From assembly GCA_964304625.1 (NCBI GenBank), contig OZ199840.1, forward strand, positions 3,297,431 through 3,361,430: a stretch of DNA of 64,000 bases, in the 5' to 3' direction. Source of the DNA: Kudoa neothunni (Eukaryota; Animalia; Cnidaria). This document shows positions 1 through 14,411 of the stretch, one piece after another. The position numbers and the translations under genes were made by a program. How positions within the stretch are numbered: position 1 is the stretch's first letter; each line of letters begins with the position of its first letter. The notes beneath the pieces are model-generated. The model saw only the letters and a program-made list of their open reading frames with translations. It was not told the origin of the DNA and did not search any database.

Positions 1-684
1 ATGCAATCCAAGCGTTTCCACGAATCATTACATTTTTCAAGACCCTTACGGTTTGTGAACGATAAAAATTCTTCGAGAATCTCTCCTCGTATAAAATGCG
101 AATATGAGCTCAATATGGTTATTGTGTCGAATGTTTCAATACGTTTTCCTTTCTCTAGGTCATTATTGATTATATTTTGATTCTCAGTTCGTCCAGATAT
201 GGGTTTTGGAGACCAGATTAATGATTTGTCTTTTGAAATATAAGAAGTGGAACTTATACTATTTTCATCCATTAGAGTGCATTCGTCTGTAGTGTCAATA
301 TCATCTATATGTAGACATATAATGCAACATCCTTCAAAATTGAAATTACTCGTTGATTTAGTATTACAAAATTTAGGTTCACTTTCTATCTGCTGTAACT
401 ATTCAATTTCACCTGAAGATACACTGTCTGCATCAGAAGAAGCCATTATTGCTGGACAATATAACGTGTTGGGAAAATCATGTTAACATTTTGGACTAAA
501 AATGACCGTATTTGATATTTGTTTACTTAATAATAAGCACATCTGTATCTAAACAGCTTAATATGAGATAAATTTTTTTTATGATTTTAAGTGAAATCCG
601 GAGTGAAAATGATTAAAATTGACTAATTTAAAGCGAGTTTTATTCGAAAGTGCACTCATGGAGTCCAGAGGTAATGTTTAAGGG
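1..684 (-). mobile_element. piggyBac DNA transposon, 5' part (runs off the window)
   Basis: Closely similar to 39635-40318. Ends in ...TGTTTAAGGG followed by a TTAA target site at 685-688, which is the CCC terminus on the minus strand. Confidence 0.85.
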
Positions 685-1979
685 TTAATAAATACTATAA
701 AATAGTCACACTGGAAAAAAGTAGATATATCATAATTAGACAGAAATGTATGGATGCATTTGAATGTGTAATTCTCAACGTTGATCGAATGTAAAATTAC
801 ACAAAACAATGTTTCAGTGAAATTAAGTAACTATTCTATCAATAATTTAGTGAAATATTAGATTAATAATATTTCTGCAACTGAAATTATTGGAAAGGTG
901 GGCGGTCTACTATTTTTGAATTAAATTTTTTTAAATGATTTTTGTGTATCTTGACACGGTGTTAAATTCTGCTTATGATGTTTAACACCTGTATTAGCTC
1001 AGCAATAATAAACGTAACGTTATTTCTTAATATTAGATTTACCATAGCTAGAAAGTGACTCTTGTTAAGATTAAAAATCTTTTACCTATACAGTTTTAAT
1101 TGTTTGAAAAATCATACTCGTTGTAAAAACCAAAAAATTTAATTCTTTGATTCATTAGATGTAAAAATAAGAATTAAATTCTCAAGTTTAAAATAAAAAT
1201 TTAAATTGCAGATAAACAAATTGATAAAGATATTCTTGTTTGTTACGCCTGTCAACTAGGAGTTAATTAATCCATTATGGTTGATGAATGAAAAATTTTT
1301 AAATTATGAAGGTGAGTTTTCTTTTGTGAACTTTGAATATACGTGAATGAGTTTTTTCTATAGTTTTTATTCTGTTACACCTTTATCTAATTCTAATTTA
1401 GATAACTGTCTTAAAATTAATATTTAGTATCTTTCATTTTTCTTTGAACTATACAAATTAAAATTGAAAGCGAGCTGTCGCTATAAATGTTTAGCAAATA
1501 TCCAAGGATTGAAAATGAGTAGATTAGATCCAACAATTAAATTTTCGTTCATTACAAAAAACACTCGACTTAGCCATTTAGGATTTGAAATTTTGGCTGC
1601 CTCCCTGAACACTTAAGCATCACAACGAGTCTAATATAACCTCTTAAATTATCTTTTTGTTTGGGTGTGGAAAGTTAAACGATTAAAACCGTGCTATTAA
1701 AATAAACACCTCCAAAAACCATATCGCTCCCAGAACATTGACTTTGTAGAGTCTGCAAGAAAATTTTTATTACCTCATGCATCCCAACTTTTCCTACTTG
1801 ACTGAACTAAAGCTGGGGGTGCATTACACATTAAGATGGTACATCTCAGTCACTTTTTTTGCAATATTTAAAATTCTAAATGCAATCAACGTGAGCGCAT
1901 TTTGATTAAGATTGATCAAAATACAACCCCTCAAATAAATTTTTCAAATGTAAACATATTTCTTTAAGCAATTAAATGA

Positions 1980-2960
1980 ATGCGTGTTGATAATGTTGCC
2001 ACAAATATAAAGTTATATTGTCCTTGTTTTAAGTTTTATTTAAGGATAACAATACAAATAAACACTTTGCAACTAAAATGGTTGATTGCAAATCCAATTT
2101 CTGGGCGAATTTGGAAAAGGCATTTAGAAACAGACGTGTACGAATATAATGCAAAAGAAGGTAGTAGTGTTACAAAATTGAATGAAGCGCAAAAACTACA
2201 GATTCATGATTGGATGAGTTAAGATTGGAGTGTAACATTGAGCGCCATCTTAAAAAAGTTAGAGAACACTTTGATTCCAATATTTTTAGGCAAAGAATTG
2301 GCAACCTCCTGAATCCTTTTCATTACACCTTGAAAAGGTATCAGTTGCTCCTATAAGTAGATATACTCAAGACCATATTAAATCGACAAAACTGTTCATG
2401 TTTTTGTTAAATAATTGAATAAATAAAGCTATGTTCTTGAGTTTCATAAAAGAAAAAAAAATTATTATCCAGTCGTGTACGTAGACTTGTCTAATTTTTC
2501 ATCTTGAATGAGGCGAAATTTCGGTCGAGCTGTTTCAGAGTCAAAAGAAAACCCTAAAGTAAGAAGCATCCGATCTAAGAATATAACTTTGATTGCTGTA
2601 ATAAGCTCGGTTAGGGTTTGGAAGTTTCAGTTGGAATGTGGATCGGTTGACCCACAAATTGTTTCAGCTTTTAGGGAATATTTATCTAATGCTGGATGGT
2701 GCGAAAAGAATTTCATTAGTAATGGACAATGTGAGGTTCCATAAAACCGATCTAATATTATAACAAATGAAAGCTAATAATCATAGACTTTTTTTCTTTA
2801 ATCATATTTTTCATTTCTAATAGATTGAGATGTTGCTTTACCAAATCAAGCGAATTGCTAGGAATAGGAATCCACAAAATTACTAAAAATTGTGTAACTC
2901 TATTATGGAGGGTCTAGTTGAAGAAGTAATTTTTAAATTACTTTAATCACTAAGATTCTT
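1980..2960 (+). mobile_element. Degenerate IS630/Tc1-like transposase remnant
   Basis: ORF 2508-2744 (MRRNFGRAVSESKENPKVRSIRSKNITLIAVIS..VWKFQLE) is homologous to 41933-42433. MDNVRFHK lies in another frame near 2722. Many stops; boundaries approximate. Confidence 0.75.
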
Positions 2961-5559
2961 ACTTTACAAAATGTTAAATTTCTATAGACATTTACAAATA
3001 GCAAATAAATAACTATTTACTTGAAATTTTAATTTCGATTAGTCAGGCGCCTTTCGTTACGATATAAACAAGATCCCCGTGCTAGTTGCCCTTCGATCGA
3101 ATGCATCTCTTTTTTAAACATGAAATATTGTTTTATGGAATAGGATCAAACAGTGCAAAAGCAGTGGCAGTGAGCTTTTCGAGGCTGAGAATTGAATAAG
3201 TAACCTCCATAGTCGCACTGAATGTGTCAGGAAATCTACCATAAGTCTATCATTAATTCAACTTCGTAGCATTACTGTCGTCATTCATTTTGATGGAAAC
3301 ACGTTTTCCCAACTGTGTATAAGTAGTGCTAACGAAAAAGAATGGTTCAATGTATACATTTTCATAAATATTTTAAAATATAATTAATAAACTAATAATA
3401 AATGTTTGGAAAAAAATAATTAACATATTAGTATGCGCATTTAACTTAAATATTAAATAATTAATAATTGAAACAATTATGGGTGTTTTGAAGCCAGGAA
3501 TAATTAAAATAAAATACAAAAAAATATTTCGAACATGGGGTGTGTTAAATGAACTCGGTATTTTTATCGTTATACTCCAAATTCATACATAAATATTGAA
3601 ATTTTTGTCATATACATTTATTACACTTTATTGACAAAAATTAATAAAACTCGATGGAAATTACATCGTAAATTACTAAGCTATATAAATAAAATCATTT
3701 AGAACTCCCAGACAAATTTTTATAGGTTTTAAAAGGTGCCAAATAATAATTCATATTTAAAATTTATTTTTACCTAAATTAATTATGGAACTACCCCATT
3801 TGATACCAACATTAAATAAATCTAGGAGCAAACGAGCTTACTCAAATATGTGGTTACCATCGCAGGAGGAACGAATAAAAAATATCGAATGTTGAACACA
3901 TTTATTTTTAATTCAGAAAATAGGCTTAGTATCAGAATTCTTTTAATCACATGCGGCTTATACTGACCAATATTGTTAGTTACATGGCTGAGATTTTCCA
4001 AAGTATTTTATTTATTGAAATGAACTTAGCAAAGAGACAACTTCATATTAATTTTTAGCTGAGTTACATTTTTGGGGACATTCAGGGATTAGTGCTAAGA
4101 AACTAAAATTTATAAAATTATCATGATTCAGTATAAATATATTACATTAATTGTTTTTGTATGCTTTTAAAATGTATTGTTAATAAGTTTATCTTAAATT
4201 GAGACGCGAAATATGAAACAATTAGGTCAGATTTTTATGGGTTATATGTTAGTATGTTCTTTTCATCGCTTCAATATTGCTTCATTCCTATTTGTACCGA
4301 TGCCTTGTTGCGTTTATATCAGTAGAATGATCCACATTAGCATGTATGTATTAATCAAAATCAAATTGATGTACTCAGCCCAGAAATCTGTCCTCATTAT
4401 TAATCCGAGTTGAACATTTTGAATTATTATTCTTTCAAGAGTTATTTGATCTAGGATAATTCTTAGGATTTGAAAAATAATTCCATATGAATCTATAGCC
4501 CCAACAGTCCATGTTTTAATTAACTAAAACTTTTTCACGACATTATTTACCTTTAAAAATCTAGAACTCGTCATTTTAAATTATTATTTCATGACCTCCT
4601 ATTCTTTTTTTATGTATATCAAAGCAATAAATGTAAAATTATCTGATATAATTCCTACAGTCACCAGTTATACAATTGTATTATCGGAACCTATTCGTAA
4701 TTGTTTCTACAGTTGTGGATATCAGAAACTTCCAAATACAGAAATACAAGGATTTGATAAAAAATTAGTTTTAAACCAATAAAAAATGCCTCTTTTTCTG
4801 GTTGAAATTCATTTTTAAATGTTGGACATTTTAGTCAATATTTATCAATAATTATTTCTTTTTTACCAGCATTAGTTCGTTGCAATTCTTTCATATTCTC
4901 TCTTTGAGAACTAATTTTGGTCTCTGTAGCGATGATATTTATTTTATCGTATCAATCTAAATTTCAAAAAAGTGTTCTAATTAAAAAATCATCAATATTA
5001 TTGCAAGTAACCTCCGTCACGTATAATTTCCATGTAGATTTGGAAGAAGACAAAGAATTGCATTTAATTGTAAATTAGCCTAAATTTCATTGAATAAGAT
5101 AGCTCTTTATCTGGTAGAATGTAGTTTTAATTACTTTGGACCAAGAAACAATACCGTCTAAACTACGAGAACAGATGTACAACTTATTTAAAAATCGGAG
5201 GAGTGAGTTCATACTGCTGTCCAGATACGTCAGATTTGATCTTCATGTTGGTTCATTCTACCAAAATTTAGGAATAGAAGGACTCTTGAGCCGGGACCTG
5301 TAGACGAAAATAAGCAACCGGCCTTTTTCCTGAAAAAAACTGTAAATTATTAGTCAGGTTTAGGAAATTCCCATAATTTCCTTAAAAAGACATTAAAAAA
5401 TAAATTTTATATGGATTTTTGAACTTTATTTTCGCTTATTACAATCGATTTATTTATTTAATGATTTTATTGTGCTCTAAAGTTAAGATAATAATATTAA
5501 TAACCAAGAGAAGAAAACACAAAAATAAACTTGATAAAAAGAAAGAATATGCAGAGATG

Positions 5560-6130
5560 TTTAGGAGACTATAAACGACTGTTTCTCATGAGAGTATTGT
5601 GTTCCCTGACGAAATTTGATTCTCTGTTGTAACAAGACCTACGATGCGTAGTACAATGGAAGGAATGTCCGTCTACTGCTTTATTTCGGCACCCAATAGA
5701 TTCAATTTTTCTTTTTTTTTGCAGTAAACAAAAATGGAATCTTTTACAGCAGCATAAACACGAGGTGATTTTAGGGAAAGATTTTATGATATGTTCAGAA
5801 GAGATTACAAAATCTTACACCATGCGAAGGGTGCACAAACAAAATTCTCTCATAGGTAGCTCCAAAATATACCATTACATATTTTTAAAAGATTTTATAG
5901 CCAAGGAAATATTCAAATATGATATTTAATAAGTTAGATTCCTTTTCTTAATCCAATTGAAAATGATTTCTTTGCTTAGAAGAATACACGTTATGCGCAG
6001 AAAGTGTAAAGGTTAGCTCGAATTAATAGTGGTAATTAAAGATTATTTTGAAGAAATTTGTCCACAGCAATGCGATAGGTTCTATCTAAAATATTGGGCC
6101 ATATTGTAACGTATTAACGAAGAGTAATTA
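5560..6130 (+). mobile_element. Highly decayed IS630/Tc1-like transposase remnant
   Basis: IVF.DE motif near 5595 and FLNPIEN (tttcttaatccaattgaaaat) near 5944. Boundaries approximate. Confidence 0.5.
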
Positions 6131-6375
6131 TTCTAGGATAAATAATACAAATATTGAATTTGGAATTTTTATTATTTTAATATGGTGAGGAATTCATTAA
6201 TACTTTTTTTAATGTAAAAAATTAATTTTGATTAAAGAGCTAGTAAAGTAATGATATTTAATGTTTAAATATAAATTTGTGTGAAAGAACATGACTCAGA
6301 ATATTTTATATTATTATTCCAACACAATTTTTTGGATATGTACACTAATTTTGTGAAATTTGAAGTTACTCATAG

Positions 6376-6398
6376 TATATATATATATATATATATAT
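6376..6398. repeat. (TA)n microsatellite
   Basis: Pure TA run. Confidence 0.95.
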
Positions 6399-7212
6399 CA
6401 TTTTTATAATTGTTGTAGATTAAAATTTAAATTTAAAATTACTTGAAAACAATTTTAATGTTTTCGTATGAATTTTTGTTAGATCGAAAAAATGCCGGCT
6501 TCAATAGAAACCCCCTAATTCACTAATGATGAGTCATAAAAAAGTGAAAATCTGTTACAAAATTTGAACAACAAATAATCGTTAAAAAAGTGAAATTACG
6601 AACTTGAAAAAATGATAACTATTATTTGTATATTTTAATAACAAAAAAATAAATTATTAATACTTAATATACGATATTTTCTCAAGAGAACACTAAAAAA
6701 ATTGTAAAGAAACGTACCAAAATGACTTTTCGAATACGCATGGCAAACATAGCCAATTTTAAATGACTACAAATTTTGAATAATAATTATTCTTGGTTTA
6801 TTAATATCATGGAAAAAATGTGGCCGTTTAAAAACTTTGATTTAATAAAAATCTCCTTAAATACTTTTATAGATTAGAAATCAAAATTTGTTATAAACAT
6901 TTTGTAGTATTAACTCCGGAAAAAAATTATAAATGATTAAATAATTTTCCGAAAAATATCCATTACGTTTAGAATAATCGATCCATATTACAAACATCTT
7001 AATATTGTACTATAATATAAGCATTTAAAAAATATCTATTAATTATTTAGTTTCGTATGTATATTAAACTTGAATGTGAATAGGTTCTTATAGTATCAAA
7101 ACATAGCAAAGCACTTCGCGATTATTCGAATGCATTCATCAATTTATTTTGAATAGGTTTTATAAAGTTCACAACAGAGAAATAATACAGATTAACCGTT
7201 ATTGTATTTGTA

Positions 7213-10127
7213 ATGGTGGGGAAGAAGGACCTTATAACGTTACTCATTGGTGTATCACGTACATATAAATACCTGTGTTATTTATTTACAAAAATTTAGT
7301 TACAGCTACCCATTTGGCAGCCGAAACTCCAGCCGCTACTAGAGAAGTTTTCTATCAAATCGACGCCTCCCATTCATCCAATAGAAAAATTCACATTGAA
7401 TTAAAAGGAACAGAATATACAAATGAAAGGAAATGTCGAATAATGCGAGAAAAAGCTGACGGAAGTGCCTTCGAGGAGATTAACACATGCCAGAGTAACG
7501 AGGCTGATAATAGCGGCAAATGTGTAAGGCCTTGTGCTGGAAGCAACAACAAACTGGAATATTCAAAGCTTTCGCCGAGAGTAAAATACCTATATATAAA
7601 AGATGGAAACGCTGCCGGCCAAATAAACGCAGAAACTCATAAAAGAGGAGGAAATGTTTTTGGGCTCGCAATACGTAAGATAAATATTTGATATATAAAT
7701 TTAATATATATTTAGCACTTTTGGTAGACCCCAATATAAAGGCATCCACACATAGCGATTATTCATTGAAGTTTATTGTAAAAACTTGTAAGTCAATGGC
7801 ATGCCCCATTTATTACAAGGGAATAAAATACAAGGATATCACTGCAATAGACAGTTGCGCAACATCTAGAAGTGCGATTGATGATCATTTGTTTGAATAT
7901 GGGCAAAAAATCCCTTATTATGAAGTGAGATGCAGCGATTACCCAATGTTCTATTACCATATGCCCAACACTTATATGAAAGAAGATATCGATATTTATA
8001 AGCCTCAATTCTATGTTAAGTACAAATCTAGTCTAGAAACAACCAAATATTATCTTAAATTCACTAATCCATTACCGAGTGAAATATGTCTTTTTGGAAT
8101 AAGAGATGGAGCGGATGTTTCTAATGCCGCCGATCGGCCAGCTTATATTTCAGATTGCGGTGGGACCAAAAAATCATGCTATGCTCCATGTGACGACGTA
8201 GAACTCAATCTAAATCCTACTAAGCCAATCGTGGATATATTAGTTCAGACTAGGCATCACAAATTAGAAAAAAATACTGATCATTCATATGAGGGATATA
8301 CTTATAAAAAATTTGGTAATAATAACGATTATCGATAATTTATAATTTTTTTAGCTATCATCGAACTAACTGGAGCCGAAAATGCATTTATATCTAATAC
8401 GGATACCGGAATTAAGATAAATATGCCATTACTTGCACCAACTACTGCGGGTGCCGCTGTTGTTGCTTTTAATCAATGTAAAATCAAGTACTATATTGCA
8501 GACACTGTCAAAAATCCGGCATTGATCAATGCACAATGCTCATCTAGTCAAAATTGTCCGAGTGAATGTAGCGCTGTTAGGACAATTCAAAATTTACCCG
8601 AAGGAAAACACATTATGTTAGAAATTGCTCCAAGCAGTATAACTAATTATGCGAATTTTAAGGAATACATTTTCGTCAAAACAAGTAATAAAATAAAATT
8701 AATTTCTTTAAATTTTTTGCATAAGATAAAAATTCGGAGAAAAATTTCAACACCGCTAAGCCAAGCGCAACAGATACGACTTCTATAATAAAAGCAGTCG
8801 ACGAAACTCTAGGAACAGAATCAACTGAGCCAACATGTGACTACTTCGTTAGTAGAGCTGGAAAGAATATTTTCGTTGAAGCAGTATGTGCGGATAGTAA
8901 TCCTTGTAGAGGTTTGTGTAAGGAACCCAAAACGCTTATCGATCTCGAGCTCAATACTACCTATGACATCAAGGTGGTCGCTTATTCGGACTATGGTTTC
9001 ACCATATTCACTGACATTAAAACAAGTATAATAATTATTATACTTAACGTGTTATTTACAAATATGGTAGAATTTTCGACTCTGACACTCACAAAAAAAA
9101 TATTAGACAAAGGTTTTAAGTTGGTCGGTACTCTGTCAACACCAAAAAGCGATGCAAAATGCAATTATAAAATTACAGCAAAAGATGGAGAAACGTGGGG
9201 GACGGTTTATTCGTGTCCTGCTGAATTGTCCAGCTCAGCATTACCGACAGTGTTAAACGATGTTGCAGTTGTTAACATTGCTAGGTCCGGTTCAGGACAG
9301 CAGCCATCAGTAACTAAGTCTAACAACATTGCGACATGCACTGAAGTACCAACCTGTAATAATATTGTATTCAGTGATGGTTATGATGCTTCAAAGGAAT
9401 ATAAAGTTTTGGTCACTGCAATTGACCGATCCGAAGAAACTCCTATTATCATTCAACCAAGTAAATTTAATATCAATATTGTAATACTTAATAAATAAAT
9501 TTATAAATAATTACAACGTTTTTATAATATTAATTCCAACCTGTGCATATAATAATTATTTAGAACCAATAGTTGAAACTCCAACCGATTTGACCAAAAT
9601 AATATTAGTTTATATTGTACGTGATGAGAAGACATTAAAGATAACGACCACATTGCCTGTTGGCAAGAGTGAAGAATCTAGGTGTAAGTGGATATTGATT
9701 AATTCAAGTGATGTTGCAAGGCCAACCGTAAAAAAATGTATCCGTAATACAGATGGCGACTGCACGGCACTTCCAAGTTGTAAAAGCTTCACAATTGAAA
9801 ATGTCGAAGATCTAAACGATTATCATTTAATTGTATATCACAGCGGGGATGAGTCTGTATTGGGAACAGCTGAAATAGAACAAGGTAATTACACGCGTAA
9901 TTCTTATTTAAATAGTATTATAGGAGCAACTGGAAGTAAATCAACGTAAATTAAACTATTACCTTTATATAATACATTAATTATTTTTTAGATCTAGAAA
10001 TACCACAATGTATTTTGGTGTGTATGATAATACATTAATATATCATTTTAGTATCGCAATATCGGTTGTTGCAGCGATTGTTGTGATTGGAGGAATAGGA
10101 GCATTCATTGCATTCAGGAAAAAATGA
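7213..10127 (+). CDS. Multi-exon type I membrane protein with tandem 4-Cys, FN3-like ectodomains
   Basis: ATG at 7213 gives a signal peptide (MVGKKDLITLLIGVSLTATHLAA) across intron 7259-7299. Domain-sized exons are separated by phase-1 introns. FN3-like strands: LELNTTYDIKVVAY, YDASKEYKVLVTAI. Micro-exons of 22 and 30 nt lead to the TM helix IAISVVAAIVVIGGIGAFIAF, then RKK and TGA ending at 10127. Confidence 0.8.
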
Positions 10128-11074
10128 TAGATTCTATTAAATTAACTTTTATTAGAAACACACATTTATTTTATTTATTTTTAACTGAGTCCAATTAGAA
10201 ATTATATAGTCTAATATTGATTTTACTGTAGATCAAACAAAAATTTAGAACGAGTGACACATTTAATCCATTCGCATTATCTATTTATATTATGGTTTTA
10301 ATTTTATGCATCATAATTTTATTTAATTCTCCATGTAATTAAAAGGTTGTTGATTTGTTTATCTTAATGCCTAAATTACGTTATTTAAATTTCATTATGT
10401 TTGTGTTAAATTTAATAATTAAAATAACATAAATTCTTTCCTAATTCTATCTATATTTAGAAATATTGGAATATTTATAATTACGTAAAATTCAACATTA
10501 CAAAGTTTTAAAATGTATAAGACTCGAATTTTCATTGACGAGCATTATTATTGAAACAGCCTTTTAACTGTCTCTTAAAAAAAAACAATCATTATCTCAT
10601 AAAAATTCTAACACTATTTAAAAACGATTTTTAACAAAAAAATAATGGAGACAATTATGTAAAAGAAATTAGTGTTATATACTTCTCGGTAAAACAGTGT
10701 TTCTCAATATCGTTGGTCCACGTAATCCCGATTAATTAGGCAAACTGAATAAGAACACTAAAGTATATTAACCATATATATTTATAATATTATTGTTCCA
10801 GACTTATGTTAGTAAAGAAGACCTTTTTTAGAGCTAGGAATTTACACCATACCCTTTTTTTGAATTAAATCCTTCTCACAAACCCCCGATATTAGTGCGC
10901 GGATTTCATATTACGAAAAATTGTTTTAATGCGTTAAAATGTGCCCAAAATAAAAACAAGGTAACGCTAACGAATGGGGAAACAATCCTTAGATAAAGTC
11001 TGTAGTCGACAGAAAGGCAAAGTTGATCAGAATCAACGGAAGGGAGGTTTCACTATACACATACTACGATACTA

Positions 11075-11814
11075 CAATAGGCAACCGATAATAATCACTT
11101 TCATCGATACGACATATTCAAAGTTTATATTAGGTGAACCGTTTTATAATATTGTTGTGATTGTAGAAAGGTCAAAGTCTTAAAACTACTTTTAGTTGAA
11201 CTAGGAAATTTCCAATCTGTTATATCACGCGACTAACCGATAATACGCATTTTTTGGGCCAAACCACATAGATTAAATTGTTTTAATTGAAAACGAGGAT
11301 AAAATTTTAATTCCTAAGGTTGAATTTTTGAACAAATAGAATAGTGTTTTGAGATAGCTACAAAAAAATTATCATTTCATGCGAATGAAAATAGACTAAA
11401 CTTTATTTCAAGACAATTAAAGAATGATATAGATGCACATAACTAAAGATTTTAAGATTAAGATATAAAATATTTTTTTCATATTCTACTGAAAAATGAG
11501 TAAGAAATAAAAAGTATTATAATTTTTCAGAACGGACTATTCACTAAATTTTATCACAATGTAAAGATAAAAATATTTTACCAATAAATATGTTTAAAAC
11601 AAAAATATCGAATTATTTTTCAGCCGAATAATCTTAATAATGTGTTTTTATTATTCTAATTAAATGAAAGGTGTAATAAACATTCTGAAAAATTAAGAAA
11701 ACACAAAAAATAATAAACGCGCACGCAGTTTTAGTGCGTATTATCGGTTGCAACGTTTAATACGCTCTTTTTTTGATGGTCCTAAGGGGATTACGTCTTA
11801 TCGGTCGCCTACTG
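11075..11814. mobile_element. Non-autonomous pogo/Tigger-like element (MITE)
   Basis: Imperfect TIRs: CAATAGGCAACCGATAA at 11075 (preceded by TA) and TTATCGGTCGCCTACTG ending at 11814. Internal ACCGATAATA repeats. Confidence 0.55.
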
Positions 11815-12176
11815 AATAAAAATCATTCAGCGACAAAAAATGAGTTGATCAGAACAAACATTAATTATGTAATATAGAAATCACTCGGCGACAAAAACAG
11901 TTGATCCGAATAATATTACAGGGTTATATGGAGCTTTAAATCCCATGTATTTTAAAAATAATTAAAAACGGATTCTTTACGTCGTCGGGAATTATTTCTC
12001 TTAAGTACACGATTGTTGTTTTATTCCCACAAACAATGACTATTGACAACCCTCATAAATTGAAAAGTGTATACACTGTTGATACAAAAATCCGAAGAGA
12101 CCAAAAAAGAGTAACATAGAAAATACACAAATAGTAAAATAATAATCATATTAAAATAGCATGAGCAACGCATCCT

Positions 12177-13966
12177 CTAGATTTTCTCCAAATAGTTTCC
12201 GGGGACAGAACCAGTATTGGCCCCAAGTCTGGCGACAAACCAGCCATCACCTCCCTCTTCAACTACTTCAACGACATCGCCAACTGCAATGGTCAATTCG
12301 TCGTCCAGAGATTTTTCATAGGCGTACAAAACTCGAGCTTAGTTTAAAAATTAGTAAGAAATATATCATGAAATTATCAATTACCTTTATAGAGGAAGTT
12401 CGAAGCAGGAACTCCGGATGGGGCAGGAGGAGGTGGGGGAGCAGGGACACTTGCACTAGGGCTGGAGCTTGGAGGGGGTGGTACAGATGCGTTAGAATCT
12501 AGATCAATAAAAGAGTTGAATACCGATGACGATCCCCTCAACCCTGTAGTAGTTCTCATACCTGACGTGACTGTACTTTTTGGAGTAGGGAATTTCAGAG
12601 GGTTTTGATCGTCGATCGCACTTTGAGATTCCACATTGGGTTCTTCATGAATGGAGTCGATTCCTCGACTGTTAGCGCTGGAATAATGAGTGTCGGAGGT
12701 GTTATTGTAATCTTCGTATTTTCTTACATTCAAAGACAATCCAGATAAATTTCCTGAGGTAGAAAATGATCATGCAAACTCACTCAACCATAGTAACCAC
12801 GAAAATACCACTAAAAATGTCCTCATCGACAGAGTCTGTATTTTCGACGGTCAAAGTGTTCTGATATTGTTTTCCTTGCAACATACTGTTGTAGATATCT
12901 TCGGAGATATCATTAGGAGCACTAGCTTTGATTGTGAGACTGTTTCTTTTACGGAATGTGCTATTATTCTACAAATGGTTAGATAAAGAGTATGTTGATA
13001 AAACACAAAGTATACTTTAATAAGAAGAGTTCCTTTGTGTGCAGAGGCTGACTTTTGTCTGGTGCCTCTGGTGCTTGATGGGCGACCACCGCTGGTTGGA
13101 ACACTTAGGGTAGGCAGATTGGTAGGTGATGGAGTGGATTCAGTTTCTTCGGTACGCCAGAAAGAACTTTCACAATTAGGATCGATATCAAGTTCATTGA
13201 GTGCTTTGAACATAGTGCTTTTGATAGAGGAAGGAACGTGGAGTTCGACAGTGGTTGTTTTGGTGGCGGGAACTTTAGATGAATGAGTAGCGCCATGTCC
13301 TTAATAATTAAAAAAAATAAATAAATCCAGCGATTTCATCATAGCGAGAGTGGACATATCGCAATTAAAGCCATTAATTACCGACGCCATCGTAACGAGA
13401 AATGTCTAACGAAGTGTTCTTAGCTTTGTTAATAACAAAAGGTTCGCTTGGTAATACAACATTGGAGGCGTGGGGTTTTTGTTTGACTATGGTTCTTTCA
13501 CCAATAACTTTTCTGTTACCCAATTCACGATATAGCTTCACCTCCTTATAATAATTAATAATAATAATAATAATTAATAATAATAATAATAATGTAGTTA
13601 CAAACACGAATACATAAACTCGCCACAGATAAATACATAAATATATAAATACACAAATATGTGTAAATATAATTGTATTAATTAATAAAATTGAGTCAGC
13701 CTTACCAACAACAATTCACCAACATCATCTGATAACTTTTGAACGGAATCTCCATGTAGATTAAGCAAATTAGTGGTCTCCAAACAAAGTGTTTCAGTGT
13801 GTTTGAGCAGATTGGACAGCGAATCAATACATCCTTGATAGACCGCATTGTATACCGATACCGAAGGTTGTTTGGAATATACATCTTCTAAATTGTTGGC
13901 ATTATTTGTGATATCGGCAGCGATAGTTGAATAATTTTTAATGAGTGCATTAAATTTGGAGTCCAT
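12177..13966 (-). CDS. ABI: Abl interactor (ABI)-like WAVE complex subunit, multi-exon
   Basis: N-terminal coiled-coil, then an HHR-like motif (EVKLYRELGNRKVIG...LDISRYDGVGHG) and a Ser/Pro-rich middle (PPPPPAP). C-terminal SH3 exon: RVLYAYEKSLDDELTIAVGDVVEVVEEGGDGWFVARLGANTGSVPGNYLEKI*. Confidence 0.85.
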
Positions 13967-14411
13967 GGATCTTTATAAAATTGACAATACCAATTGAATT
14001 GAATGTGTTCACCGACAATTTACAAAACTCCAATCAATAAACTGGATTATCACAAAACTATTGATAAGATGGTGGATTAGATTTTAAGATTAACAATGTC
14101 CGACGATTAACGACACATTTATATGTCAATAATTTACACTATTGATTAGTTGAGAATTAAGATATTGAATATTATTGTGGAAAATAGTTTTTCTCAATTA
14201 TTTACATTCAAAAACAATCTAATCAGTCCATAGAATCAAATTAATTAAGTCATGGCGACGCCGCAGCCGCATCTACGTAACTATATAAACTTGCGCACTG
14301 CGTATGAGCCGTCGGATAAAAAACTGCAAATTCGTGTGGTGTTTTGGTCTTAGATTTTAAGTTTTTTTTCGTATAGTAATACACACTTTGTTGTTTTAAC
14401 GTTGGTGAACG

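Noticed and set aside
247-486. Similar plus-strand ORFs at 247-486 and 39909-40118 as a duplicated gene
   Set aside because: Both are antisense shadows of the two piggyBac copies.
11824-11918. Two imperfect ~38-bp direct repeats as a CRISPR-like array
   Set aside because: Only two degenerate copies, eukaryotic context and no cas genes.
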